From IMG/VR virus record IMGVR_UViG_2531839666_000011: DNA of 13,866 bases. One strand, written 5' to 3'. The translations under genes and the position numbers were made by a program. The first letter of the stretch is position 1. The number at the start of each line of letters is the position of its first letter. Source of the stretch: a virus (lineage: Duplodnaviria; Heunggongvirae; Uroviricota; Caudoviricetes). The notes beneath the pieces were generated by a model that saw nothing but the letters and a program-made list of their open reading frames with translations, did not search any database and had not been told where the DNA came from. Of this stretch, positions 1-8,253 are shown one piece after another.

Positions 1-2057
1 ATTCCCCCAGAGGCAGGCCACTGAAACGGTGCTCCGTGTCGGCAGTGATGGCGGTGGTCACCAGGCGGCTGTTTTCACCACTGCCACTGGTCAGGCGCAG
101 ACTGAAGCGCACGCCCTTCACCACCCGCGGCGTGTCCCATTTCGCCAGCGCCAGATACTGGCCGTCTGAGGCACTCACCTCCACCGTGAGGTGCTGCACT
201 GCCGGCGGGATGACGCTGTTCAGTGAACCGGAGAGCGGCTCAAAGCGGGCCCCGTTATCCACGATGGCTTCTTTTTCCGGTATGTGCTGCACTGCCGTGA
301 TGGCAAAGGTGCCGTCCGTGTTTTCCCGGATGGAAACACAGCGGAACAGGCGACGACGCAGTGACGGCAGGGAGAGCCCCCACACACCGTATGTCTCCAC
401 GCCATCCGGCAGGGCGCTGACCTGTATCCGGTCAGGGGCCGGTTGTGCAGTGATGTCCACGCGCACCGGCTTACCGCTGCCGTTAATCAGGTTCACCGTC
501 GATGTCCCTGTCTCCGGCAGGGTCACCTCACGGTCCAGCGTCAGGGTACGGCTGGCGGCATCGATGGACAGGATGCGTCCGCCGGTCAGGGTCCCGGCGT
601 AGTCGTTATCACAGATTTCAATGATGTCACCGGGCGTGTGCCGCAGCCCCTGTGACCCGAGCGTGAAATCCACCGTCTGCGTTTCCAGCAGTTCTGTCTT
701 TATCACCCACAGTCCGGCACGGTGGGCCTGACCGCGGCTGGTACAGCCGAACGCGTCCATCTTCAGCAGGTTGCGTCCGTAGCGCAGGATGGCGTCCGGG
801 TCTTCCACCAGTTCCGTGGAAGTCTGCCAGCCGTTCTGCGGGTCGGTGTAATTCACCTCCACCGCCGTGTGCCGGTCCTTCAGGGCACTGAAGCTGTAGC
901 GGAACCCCACGCCGTTATCATCCACCACCACATCGCTGTTGGTGTACGGCCACACCACATCCGACGGGCGGTCCTGAACGAACGTCAGCGTCTGGCCGTT
1001 CCATACCGGCATACAGCGCATCGCCGAGCAGAAATCCCCCAGGACATCCCACACCTTACGCTGCTGTGACAGGTACGCATTAAAGGTCATCCGCGGCTCT
1101 GTGCCCCCGAAACCATCCGGGACCGTCTGGTCGCAGTACTGCCCGATGGCATACAGTGCCCACTTGTCCACATCCGCGGCCCCCAGGCGTTTTCCCATCC
1201 CGTAGCGCGGGTGGGTCAGCATGTCCCACAGGCACCAGGCCGGGTTATTGCTGTATGCCGGTTTCAGACTCCCGTCCCAGATACCGCTGTAGGTGCGTTT
1301 TTCCGGGTCATAGTTTGACGGCACCTGAATGATGCGGCCGCGGATATGGTAGTTCACCACCATCTGCTGGCCACCGAACTGCTCCGCATCCACCTGCAGC
1401 CCCACAATGGCCGTGTTCGGGTAGCACTGTTTCACATCGATGATTTCGGTGTATGACGACCACAGCGTTCTGTTCTGCAGCTGGTCCGTGGTGCTGTCCG
1501 CCGTCTCCCTGACCATCCGGATGTTAAAGGGGCGCTCAGGGAGATTATTCAGAATCACAGACGTCAGGTACTGCGAGGTGGTCTTGCCGTTAATGGTGAT
1601 ATCCTTCTCCGTCACCCAGTGCCCGTTACGCTCAAGCTGAATCAGCAGGCGGACAGAAGAGGGATTACGGTCACCCTTTGAGGTGGTCTCCACCAGTGAC
1701 TGCACCCCGAAGGTGACCCGCAGACGGTCAATGTTCGCTGACGAGATGGTGCGCGTCACCGGCTTTGCCTTCGTCACCTCCACACCCAGTGCGGTTTCCG
1801 CCCCGGAGGACTCAAAGCCTTCCGGTGGTGTCTGCTCCTGCTCCCCGGCACGCCAGACGGCGGTCACACCGTGTATCACGGGATTACCGTCCGTGTCCGT
1901 CAGCGGGGTTTTGTTCACCAGAATACTCTGCAGTCCCTTCACCGGACCTTCCACCGGTCCCTCACCAATGGCATCAATCACGCTCATCATCTGCGTTGGA
2001 TTTGAGATTGTCCTTCGCCTCACGCGGTGTGTGCCCCTTGCCGCCCCCTTTACCCAC
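1..2057 (-). CDS. J: Host specificity / central tail fibre protein J, partial (3' end beyond window start); N-terminal region frameshifted
   Basis: Hand translation of the minus strand from GTG at 2057 gives MGKGGGKGHTPREAKDNLKS (lambda J starts MGKGSSKGHTPREAKDNLKS), then a stop at 1974-1976. The neighbouring frame from ATG-ATG at 1990 reads MMSVIDAIGEGPVEGPVKGLQSI and stays J-like to the window edge (e.g. AYLSQQRKVWDVLGDFCSA near 1078; DGQYLALAKWDTPRVVKGVRFSLRL near 160). GGAGAGGGGGA Shine-Dalgarno-like sequence precedes 2057. Absent from the ORF track because no stop lies inside the window. Confidence 0.9.
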
Positions 2058-2097
2058 TCTGTCCCCCTCTCCTGTCTGATGTCTGAATCTGTTTATG

Positions 2098-2131
2098 CCA
2101 GAAAACGACAGGCACCCCGGAGGGTGCCTGT
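2098..2131 (-). terminator. Candidate intrinsic terminator (minus strand) about 50 nt upstream of the J start
   Basis: Perfect 10-bp stem (2108-2117 pairs with 2122-2131) with 4-nt loop cgga; on the minus strand it is followed by CGUUUUCUGG. Confidence 0.5.
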
Positions 2132-2144
2132 GTCATGACGGAAT

Positions 2145-2176
2145 AAAATTTCTGAAATTCTTCACATTTCCGGCAA
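2145..2176. repeat. Direct repeat copy A (32 bp) with internal 13-bp palindrome AATTTC-T-GAAATT
   Basis: aaaatttctgaaattcttcacatttccggcaa; matches copy B at 2324-2355 with one mismatch (t/c at 2167 vs 2346). Contains TCTGA-N6-TCACA. Confidence 0.8.
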
Positions 2177-2323
2177 ATTCCCGTGGAGGAAACCTTGCCG
2201 GATGGGTAGATTACCTGCGGTCAATAAAAGCAATTAATCGCAACTCCTTAAGGTGACTATTCGTTCCTCCCGTTAATATCCAGGTGTATTGCGGGAGCGT
2301 TTTTTATTTCAGCTCCGCAACAG

Positions 2324-2355
2324 AAAATTTCTGAAATTCTTCACACTTCCGGCAA
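2324..2355. repeat. Direct repeat copy B (32 bp) with the same palindrome
   Basis: aaaatttctgaaattcttcacacttccggcaa; 179 bp downstream of copy A; immediately preceded by an imperfect hairpin at 2291-2318. Confidence 0.8.
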
Positions 2356-2439
2356 TTGCCTGTAGCCGCAATAATGACGCTGCGTTACTGTTCTTCTGCC
2401 CAAAAAATAACTCCATAACGTTAATCTTCATCGTTATTT

Positions 2440-2477
2440 CCCGCAGCTCCGCTAACTCTGCGGGATTTTTTTATTTT
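2440..2477 (+). terminator. Candidate intrinsic terminator (plus strand), convergent with the end of gene I
   Basis: 7-bp stem cccgcag (2440-2446) pairing with ctgcggg (2458-2464), 11-nt loop, followed by a-ttttttt-a-tttt (2465-2477). The I stop codon (2477-2479) overlaps the T tract. Confidence 0.6.
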
Positions 2478-3116
2478 CATCCCCGCCCGATAACCACCAC
2501 TTTCCCGTCACCGCCCTCATCACGGGTGCTGATGTCCTGGGATATCCGTCGTGAACCAACCAGCATTTCACCGTAAGGCACCGGCATCGGGTTACCCTGG
2601 GCAATCATGTTGTCCAGTGACGAAAAATACGTGTTCCGTTTACCATTATCTGTTGTCGTGGCAGACGGTGTTTTCGCCCTGGGGGTGAGCATCTGCGTGA
2701 TACCCCCCACCATCATGGCCACCCCAAGATTACCGATGACAGCACCAATACCGGTCCAGCTGAACACATATCCCACAACAGCCAGAACAGCACCGGCCAC
2801 CACCTGAAGAACACCGCCGTTTTTTAGCCCCCTCCGTCCGGGGCACCAGATGGATAACATCCCCGTCATTCAACGGCTCACATACTCTGGAATGAAGCTC
2901 CTGTTCAGATACATCCCTGCCCGCAATGCGTAACTGATACCATCCCTCATACAGTTTCTGCCGGAATCCCGGCACCTGCAGCGACAGGGCACGGATGGCC
3001 TCCGCTGCCGTGTTCACATACAGGCTGATGCGGCGACCAAATCGTTGTAAATCCCCGTGAAGGCAGATACGGACCAGTGGCGGTGACGCCAGACAGAATG
3101 CGTTCGTCGTTGCCAT
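2477..3116 (-). pseudogene. I: Tail assembly protein I homologue, split by a +1 frameshift in an A6 run (possible sequencing artefact)
   Basis: ATG at 3116 with GGGAGAGG upstream. The N-terminal frame reads MATTNAFCLASPPLVRICLHGDLQRFGRR...VIHLVPRTEGAK, then runs into a Cys-rich tail. The C-terminal frame (ORF 2477..2869) resumes NGGVLQVVAGAV...TDNGKRNTYFSSLDNMIAQGN...VVVIGRG, lambda I-like. The switch is at the T6 run 2820-2825 on the plus strand; A5 instead of A6 would restore one ORF. Confidence 0.85.
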
Positions 3117-3757
3117 TTTTCAGAATACCTCTCCCGTTTACTCAGTTGTTCAGGTATATGGTGAAGCAGTTCACCGTTGCCACAGTAAATGGCGGCATGA
3201 TTCGGCACCGATGCGCCAAAGCAGCACAGCAGGATATCGCCCGCCTGTGCACAGGACGGAGACACCCGGTAAAAGCCGTTGTCCGCCAGGTTGTCCAGGT
3301 ACAGGTTCTGGCCGTTGCGCCACCAGTCATCCTCACGCACAAAATCCGGCAGCGTTATCCCCGCCAGATGGTATGCATCCCGGAACAGGGTGTAACAGTC
3401 CGTCACACCGTGTTCAAAGCGCCGTCCGGTCAGGTGCGGCACACAGCGGAACCGGTAAATGTCGCCCCGGCAGACCAGCCACCAGGGCAGGGCACTCTTT
3501 ATCTGCAGCCGCCGGTCCGCCTCGCTCAGCCAGGGCAGACCACCGGGATGACTGTGGACCAGCGCCACAATCTCCCCCTGCATCTGTGCCTGCAGCCAGT
3601 CTTCCGGTGTAATACGAAAATACGCCTCCGGCTCTGCAGAGATATTCACACAAGGGATATACCGCTCCCCCTCCGGCGTTCTCACCACGAAGCCGCACGA
3701 CTCCGCTGGCGCACACCGCCGGGCATGCACCAGAATCGCTGATTCAGTCTGTGTCAT
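3014..3757 (-). CDS. K: Tail tip assembly protein K (MPN/JAMM plus NlpC/P60-like)
   Basis: ATG at 3757 (cat 3755-3757 on plus); protein MTQTESAILVHARRCAPAESCGFV...ALVHSHPGG...SEADRR (JAMM-type motif)...GVTDCYTLFRDAYHLAG (NlpC/P60-like Cys). The tracked ORF 3014..4018 is this frame extended upstream into L. The last ~100 nt overlap the I start. Confidence 0.88.
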   Translation of the reverse strand: MTQTESAILVHARRCAPAESCGFVVRTPEGERYIPCVNISAEPEAYFRITPEDWLQAQMQGEIVALVHSHPGGLPWLSEADRRLQIKSALPWWLVCRGDIYRFRCVPHLTGRRFEHGVTDCYTLFRDAYHLAGITLPDFVREDDWWRNGQNLYLDNLADNGFYRVSPSCAQAGDILLCCFGASVPNHAAIYCGNGELLHHIPEQLSKRERYSEKWQRRTHSVWRHRHWSVSAFTGIYNDLVAASACM

Positions 3758-3767
3758 AAAACGGGAT

Positions 3768-4466
3768 TTACTGCGAAAGTTTATTGATGGAAAGGAAACC
3801 GCCAAAATTAGCCACCATGCCGCGCATCTCACACCCGCGCATGCATTTACTGCATCTGTCCTTCCGGATATCCGTGGTGGGGTTGTCGAACTCATCCGCC
3901 ACTGCCGGACCGTTATACCCGCACTCATCGCCCCGGTAATCCCACATACAGGTGTTCGCCAGCATGATGCGACCGGGAAACAGCGCACCGTCCGTCTCCG
4001 TCGGTGTCGCCAGCACAAACGAGGCCGTCATGGCCGTCAGCGCTGATAACTGCTCCACCACCCACCGGTCCGTCAGCTCCTGCTCAGGGTCTGCCTCAGG
4101 ATTGCCTGCCACAAAATTCACCGCATCCAGAAAACGCGCATAAACCCGGCGGCGGACCACCGTGGCACCCACCAGGCTCTGCAAATCCTCCGCCATCCCG
4201 GTGACCAGCCCGAAAAGATTGGACACCGTCAGCGACGGGCGGGCACTGCTGCCCTTCCCGTTCATCTCAAAGCCACTCCCCTCAATCGGGTACGCCTGAT
4301 ATTCACGCCCCTGCCAGGTCACCGGCTCCCCTTTTTCATTCAGCTCATTGCAGAAAAAATACCGCTCACCGCCCTGCACCGTCAGGTCGATTTCCCAGAG
4401 CACCACCCGCGGTGACTGCTCTGACTTAACCGACTCGTTCAGGCTTTCTTCGTGAATATCCTGCAT
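3768..4466 (-). CDS. L: Minor tail protein L
   Basis: 232 aa, MQDIHEESLNE...FPGRIMLANTCMWDYRGDECGYNGPAVADEFD...CSKCMRGC...FGGFLSINKLSQ; lambda L-like including the C-terminal cysteine cluster. ATG overlaps the M stop (ATGA-type overlap at 4466). Confidence 0.92.
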   Translation of the reverse strand: MQDIHEESLNESVKSEQSPRVVLWEIDLTVQGGERYFFCNELNEKGEPVTWQGREYQAYPIEGSGFEMNGKGSSARPSLTVSNLFGLVTGMAEDLQSLVGATVVRRRVYARFLDAVNFVAGNPEADPEQELTDRWVVEQLSALTAMTASFVLATPTETDGALFPGRIMLANTCMWDYRGDECGYNGPAVADEFDNPTTDIRKDRCSKCMRGCEMRGMVANFGGFLSINKLSQ

Positions 4467-4795
4467 CAGTTCACCACCTGCTTAAACTCCGCGCTGAACT
4501 CAACGCGCAACATCCCGACCCGCGCAGACCACCCGGCACAGGTCACCTTTATCTGCCGGTATGCATAGGGTGGCTTCCACAAAAATGCCTTCCAGCCCCC
4601 GTGCTCTGCCAGAAACGCTTCCAGATGCCGGGCCTCCTCCCGGGTCACGGAAAGCATCACCCTGTACGTCTTCAGGTCTGCATTCAGCCCTGCCGCCGTT
4701 CGCTGCGAATACCCGTCACCAAAACGCACTTCACGCACCGACGGCTGCGAGTTCACCTCCATATCCGGCTTCACTTTCCAGCGAAATGTTTTCAT
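4466..4795 (-). CDS. M: Minor tail protein M
   Basis: 109 aa, MKTFRWKVKPDMEV...LRVEFSAEFKQVVN; same length as lambda M and clearly similar. Start overlaps the H stop. Confidence 0.92.
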   Translation of the reverse strand: MKTFRWKVKPDMEVNSQPSVREVRFGDGYSQRTAAGLNADLKTYRVMLSVTREEARHLEAFLAEHGGWKAFLWKPPYAYRQIKVTCAGWSARVGMLRVEFSAEFKQVVN

Positions 4796-7446
4796 CGCCC
4801 GCTCCCTGATAACATACCGCCATCACGCAACTGCAGCCGGAGTTCATCCTGCGCCCCCTTGCGGGCCATGTCATACACCGCCTTCATCAGCTGCGGCCCC
4901 GCCTGTCCGTTGATACCGTCGTTCTGAATCACCACGTGATTGTTCTGATTAAAATTAATACCTTCCGCCCGCCGCATCTGCGCCGGACTTCCGGCACCAC
5001 CCACATAACCACCTTCCGCATACCCGCGCATCAGACGGTAAAGATTCCCCACACCTATCCGGCTGGTTGCCTCCTTAGTGAAAACAAACTCCCCGCGGTG
5101 AACTATCCCCGCAGGCTCATATTTGCCGCCCGTCCCCGTAAATCCTCCGGTCGCGAAATGGAAGTTCGCCGCCGCAGCCTCAATGGCCGTCCCCGAGGAA
5201 GCAGATGCACCACCACCGAAAGCACCACCAATGGCGCTGCCGATACGCCCGACAATTCCCACCATGGCCTGTTTAAGCAGGATTTCTGTCATCATGGACA
5301 GCACCGAACGGGTGAATCCCCGCCAGTCTGCCTCTGCACCGGTCAGCATCGCCGCCATATTCTGTGCAATACCGTCAAAGGTCTGCGTGGCAGCACTTTT
5401 AACCTGCGAAAAACTGTCCGTCGCACTTTCCGCCCACTCCCCCCAGCCGGACTTCAGCCCGGCCAGCCAGTCACCGCGCAGCATGTCTTCATCTGCCCAT
5501 GTCTGTTTCAGTGCCCCGGTGACCTGTGCCAGCGCCTGCGGATTATCGCCGTACACGTCACGAAGACGCTGCGCTTCAGACTCCCGCTGCGCCTGACGGT
5601 CAGTGAGACCACGGGCTTTTGCGCTGATGGCGGCCTGCTTCGCGCTCTGCTGCTCTTCAAACCGCACCGCCTGCTGTGCCAGCTCATTCAGCCGTTTCTG
5701 GTATTCAACCTTGTCGCCCAGCTCAGCCAGCTGGCGTTTGTACTCCAGTGTCTCTTTCTCATGGGCCAGCAGGGATTTTTCCTGCCCGGATAACTGTCGT
5801 TTCGTGGCAGCCTCTTTCAGGACCGCATACTGACTTTCCGCCTTCCATAAATCACGGCGCTGCCGGCTGATTTTCTCATTCGCACCGCTGTGCTTTTCCA
5901 GCGTCCTGAGCTCAGCTTCAAGGGCAAGCAGAGCCTCTCTTGCCTGCTCCTCTTCCCTCTCCCCGGCAGAGCGCGTTTTCGGTGATGTATGCTTTTTACC
6001 TGTCAGCTCTTCAGCCAGACGGCTGACGGCTTCCTGCTGCCCCGGACCTTTGCTGACGCCTGTTGCACGCGAACGGTTGATGTACCCCATTTCCCCCTGG
6101 CGTATACGCGCATCCCGTTCCGCAATGGATTTTCTCAGCGCCAGTTCATCGCGTTTTGTTTTCTCAATAAATACGCGGTTCTCTTCTGCCAGTTCACCAA
6201 ACAACGCACCAACGCCGGGCACATTCTTTGTCGTTTCCCAGGCTGACTGAATAAATTCAGCCAGCGCCAGATCCCCCTGCACAAGCAGCAGCTTCACCTG
6301 TTCAACGGTTCCTGCCACCACGTCAGTGATCAGACTGAGTGCCCCCAGTGTATGATCACCTATCCATGTCCATGCGTCAGAAGTCCAGGTTTTAACATCG
6401 TCCCAGATTTTTTCCACCGGCGTGGCCGCTTTATCAAGTTGCTCCAGACGTGCATTCATGACATCCGCAAACAGGGACATCGCCTCCGTCACCGCAGCCT
6501 GTTTACCTTTCGTGCGCTCAAGCTCATCAATATGGCGTAACTGGGAAACGCTCAGGAAGTTATACTGCTGATTCAGGGAGGCCAGCGCCTTCACCGGATC
6601 TGCTGCAATCCCTTCAAAGGCTTTTTCCACCTTCCCGGCATCGTCCCCCACCGTCTGCAGCCATCTCTGAGAGGTTTCCCCCATGATCCGTAGCTGCCCG
6701 GCGGTATATTTCCCGCTTTCTGCCAGACGGGCCAGATTTTCTGCCGCCTGTCTGATACCACCACCGGCTTCATCGCTGATCACCCCGGCCATTTTCCACA
6801 ATTCTGCCGTTGTGGTGGCAGCCGCCCCTCCGGTCAGGGTCAGTGAACGCAATAAGGCCCGGTCAGCCTGCTCTGCCTGCCAGGCGGCAGCAGCAAGCGC
6901 GGCCAGTACGGCAACCCCGCCACCTGCCGCCACACGGGCCACCGACATAAATCGTCCCAGTTCACCGGCATTCCGGGCATTTTCAGCCAGTGCATTTGCC
7001 GTATCTGACAGCGAATCCTCTGATGATTCAGAGGCATCCCTGATCCCGAGAAGTTCCTCCTTCAGCAGGGTAAGCAGGCTGAGCGGTCCACCGAATGAAT
7101 CGCTGATCTGCCCCCCCTGCTGCAGCATGATAAGGAAGGGATTCTGACCACCGGCGAGCTGAGTGACAATATCCGTGAACTGTGCGGGCAGTGTGCGCAT
7201 GGCAGCCTTATACTGTCCGACTGATATCCCGGCTTTTTGTGCAGCCAGCGCCTGTCGGCTCAGACTCTGCTCAGCAGCATCAGCCTGTTTTCTGAAAGAC
7301 TGACTGACTTTCCCGGACATCAAATCAGCAAGCGCACTGGTTTCACCCAGCTCTTTTTTTACCCGCGCTGCCTCTTCAGAAAAACGGGCAGAATCCAGTG
7401 TCAGCACGGCTGTCAGATCGGCAAAATTACCTGCCATCGTGGTCAC
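4792..7446 (-). CDS. H: Tail tape measure protein H
   Basis: 884-aa ORF; the C-terminal half (LLTLQAELRTLEKHAGANEKISRQRRDLWKAESQ...GGFTGTGGKYEPAGIVHRGEFVFTKEATSRIG...) closely resembles lambda H. The ORF opens with GTG at 7446, but the ATG at 7437 (MAGNFADL...) has AGGAGG 8 nt upstream and is the likelier start. Confidence 0.93.
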   Translation of the reverse strand: MTTMAGNFADLTAVLTLDSARFSEEAARVKKELGETSALADLMSGKVSQSFRKQADAAEQSLSRQALAAQKAGISVGQYKAAMRTLPAQFTDIVTQLAGGQNPFLIMLQQGGQISDSFGGPLSLLTLLKEELLGIRDASESSEDSLSDTANALAENARNAGELGRFMSVARVAAGGGVAVLAALAAAAWQAEQADRALLRSLTLTGGAAATTTAELWKMAGVISDEAGGGIRQAAENLARLAESGKYTAGQLRIMGETSQRWLQTVGDDAGKVEKAFEGIAADPVKALASLNQQYNFLSVSQLRHIDELERTKGKQAAVTEAMSLFADVMNARLEQLDKAATPVEKIWDDVKTWTSDAWTWIGDHTLGALSLITDVVAGTVEQVKLLLVQGDLALAEFIQSAWETTKNVPGVGALFGELAEENRVFIEKTKRDELALRKSIAERDARIRQGEMGYINRSRATGVSKGPGQQEAVSRLAEELTGKKHTSPKTRSAGEREEEQAREALLALEAELRTLEKHSGANEKISRQRRDLWKAESQYAVLKEAATKRQLSGQEKSLLAHEKETLEYKRQLAELGDKVEYQKRLNELAQQAVRFEEQQSAKQAAISAKARGLTDRQAQRESEAQRLRDVYGDNPQALAQVTGALKQTWADEDMLRGDWLAGLKSGWGEWAESATDSFSQVKSAATQTFDGIAQNMAAMLTGAEADWRGFTRSVLSMMTEILLKQAMVGIVGRIGSAIGGAFGGGASASSGTAIEAAAANFHFATGGFTGTGGKYEPAGIVHRGEFVFTKEATSRIGVGNLYRLMRGYAEGGYVGGAGSPAQMRRAEGINFNQNNHVVIQNDGINGQAGPQLMKAVYDMARKGAQDELRLQLRDGGMLSGSGR

Positions 7447-7480
7447 CTCCTGAAATGTCCTCTGATGCCATCAATAACTG

Positions 7481-8238
7481 TCACAACCTCCTTCCCTCCT
7501 CCCCGAAACGGACTCCACCGGCGAGGCCCGCCGCCTTCTGCATCAGTACATCATTTTCGTCCGGCATCTCCGTCTGCTCTTCCTCACACGCTGGAGCAAG
7601 CAGACTGAAATCCGCCGGATGCATATCCGGATCGCAAAAAAACAGGCTGAGTACGGCGTACGTCAGCCCGGAAAAATGCATATCCAGCTGGGTATCCTGA
7701 AAATAATGCGTGCAGTAAAAACGTCGCCAGTCGGCATATTCGGTGGATGTCATCCCGGCAAGCATGGCGCGCCAGTCGGCTCTCCCCATCTCACGCGCCA
7801 GTTTCAGGACAAAGTTCAGCTCGCCTTCAAATGCTTTTTTGATGTTACCGGCTCAGTCGCTTCTGCTTTCCCGGTTTGTTCAGGATCGGCATCGTGCCGG
7901 TTATCCAGCATACCTGAAAGATAAAGCACCCGGTTCGTTGCCTGATTCAGTGCATCAGCAGGCCATCCCAGCATCACTTCACGGCGGATCTGCTGCATCT
8001 CTGTCTCCGGAGAGGCCAGAGTGCCTTTGAGGGAATGGGAATGCCATAGCGACATCGCCACAAGCAGGGATGCCGTTTCCAGATATCGCTGGTTAATGTG
8101 CACGGCATCATGCTCCGTTGTCTCCTGTTGTGCTGCGTCTGAAACAAACTTCATATAATCAAACCGCTGCAGCGCGGACAGTTCCGACAGCGTGACGGAC
8201 ACACCGTTATATTCAAATTGTTCTGTTTTCAGAAACAT
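7481..8238 (-). CDS. T: G-T tail assembly chaperone fusion made by -1 programmed frameshift (T part 7481..7840)
   Basis: The T frame is -1 relative to G and open from 7852 to the stop at 7481. After the slip the product reads ...EPVTSKK-AFEGELNFVLKLAREMGRADWRAMLAGMTSTEYADWRRF..., lambda T-like. Arrangement is as in lambda G/G-T. Confidence 0.75.
7816..8238 (-). CDS. G: Tail assembly chaperone G
   Basis: 140 aa, MFLKTEQFEYNGVSVTLSELSALQRF...; same length and N-terminus as lambda G (MFLKTESFEHNGVTVTLSELSALQR...). ATG at 8238 with G-rich Shine-Dalgarno-like sequence. Confidence 0.9.
   Translation of the reverse strand: MFLKTEQFEYNGVSVTLSELSALQRFDYMKFVSDAAQQETTEHDAVHINQRYLETASLLVAMSLWHSHSLKGTLASPETEMQQIRREVMLGWPADALNQATNRVLYLSGMLDNRHDADPEQTGKAEATEPVTSKKHLKAS
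7834..7840 (-). other. Putative -1 slippery heptamer A AAA AAG for G-T recoding
   Basis: In the G zero frame the codons are TCA AAA AAG (S K K), seven codons before the G stop. The -1 frame is open across this site only (it has a stop at 7853-7855 just upstream). Confidence 0.65.
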
Positions 8239-8253
8239 GCTTTATCTCCCCCC

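Noticed and set aside
36-2138. Plus-strand ORFs in the track over the J region (36..602, 443..655, 722..1069, 1440..1640, 1683..2138, 1765..2079) and the minus ORF 220..405
   Set aside because: They are antisense or out of frame to a continuous J reading frame that translates into lambda J-like sequence; their products are Arg/Pro/Cys-rich with no recognisable features. J itself is missing from the track only because its stop lies outside the window.
2145-2355. CRISPR array or tandem-repeat locus
   Set aside because: Only two copies, 179 bp apart, with no further repeat units and no cas genes; not CRISPR-like.
2309-2431. 40-aa minus-strand ORF (MKINVMELFFGQKNSNAASLLRLQAIAGSVKNFRNFLLRS) covering repeat copy B
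   Set aside because: The equivalent frame through copy A has no start codon and an early stop, so the repeat is not conserved as coding; Shine-Dalgarno sequence is weak. A small peptide cannot be fully excluded.
2289-2576. Plus-strand 95-aa ORF spanning the I-J insert
   Set aside because: Starts at TTG, reads through the predicted plus-strand terminator (2440-2477) and on into the antisense of gene I; not a plausible gene.
3758-4018. Upstream extension of the K open frame (ORF 3014..4018 begins at 4018)
   Set aside because: That stretch overlaps L in another frame and is unlike K; the lambda-like K N-terminus MTQTESAIL begins at the ATG at 3757.
7866-7872. Lambda-type slippery heptamer GGGAAAG near the end of G
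   Set aside because: Codon-level reading places it as GGG AAA G in the G frame, and the -1 frame from it stops at 7853-7855; it cannot be the productive G-T shift site in the sequence as given.
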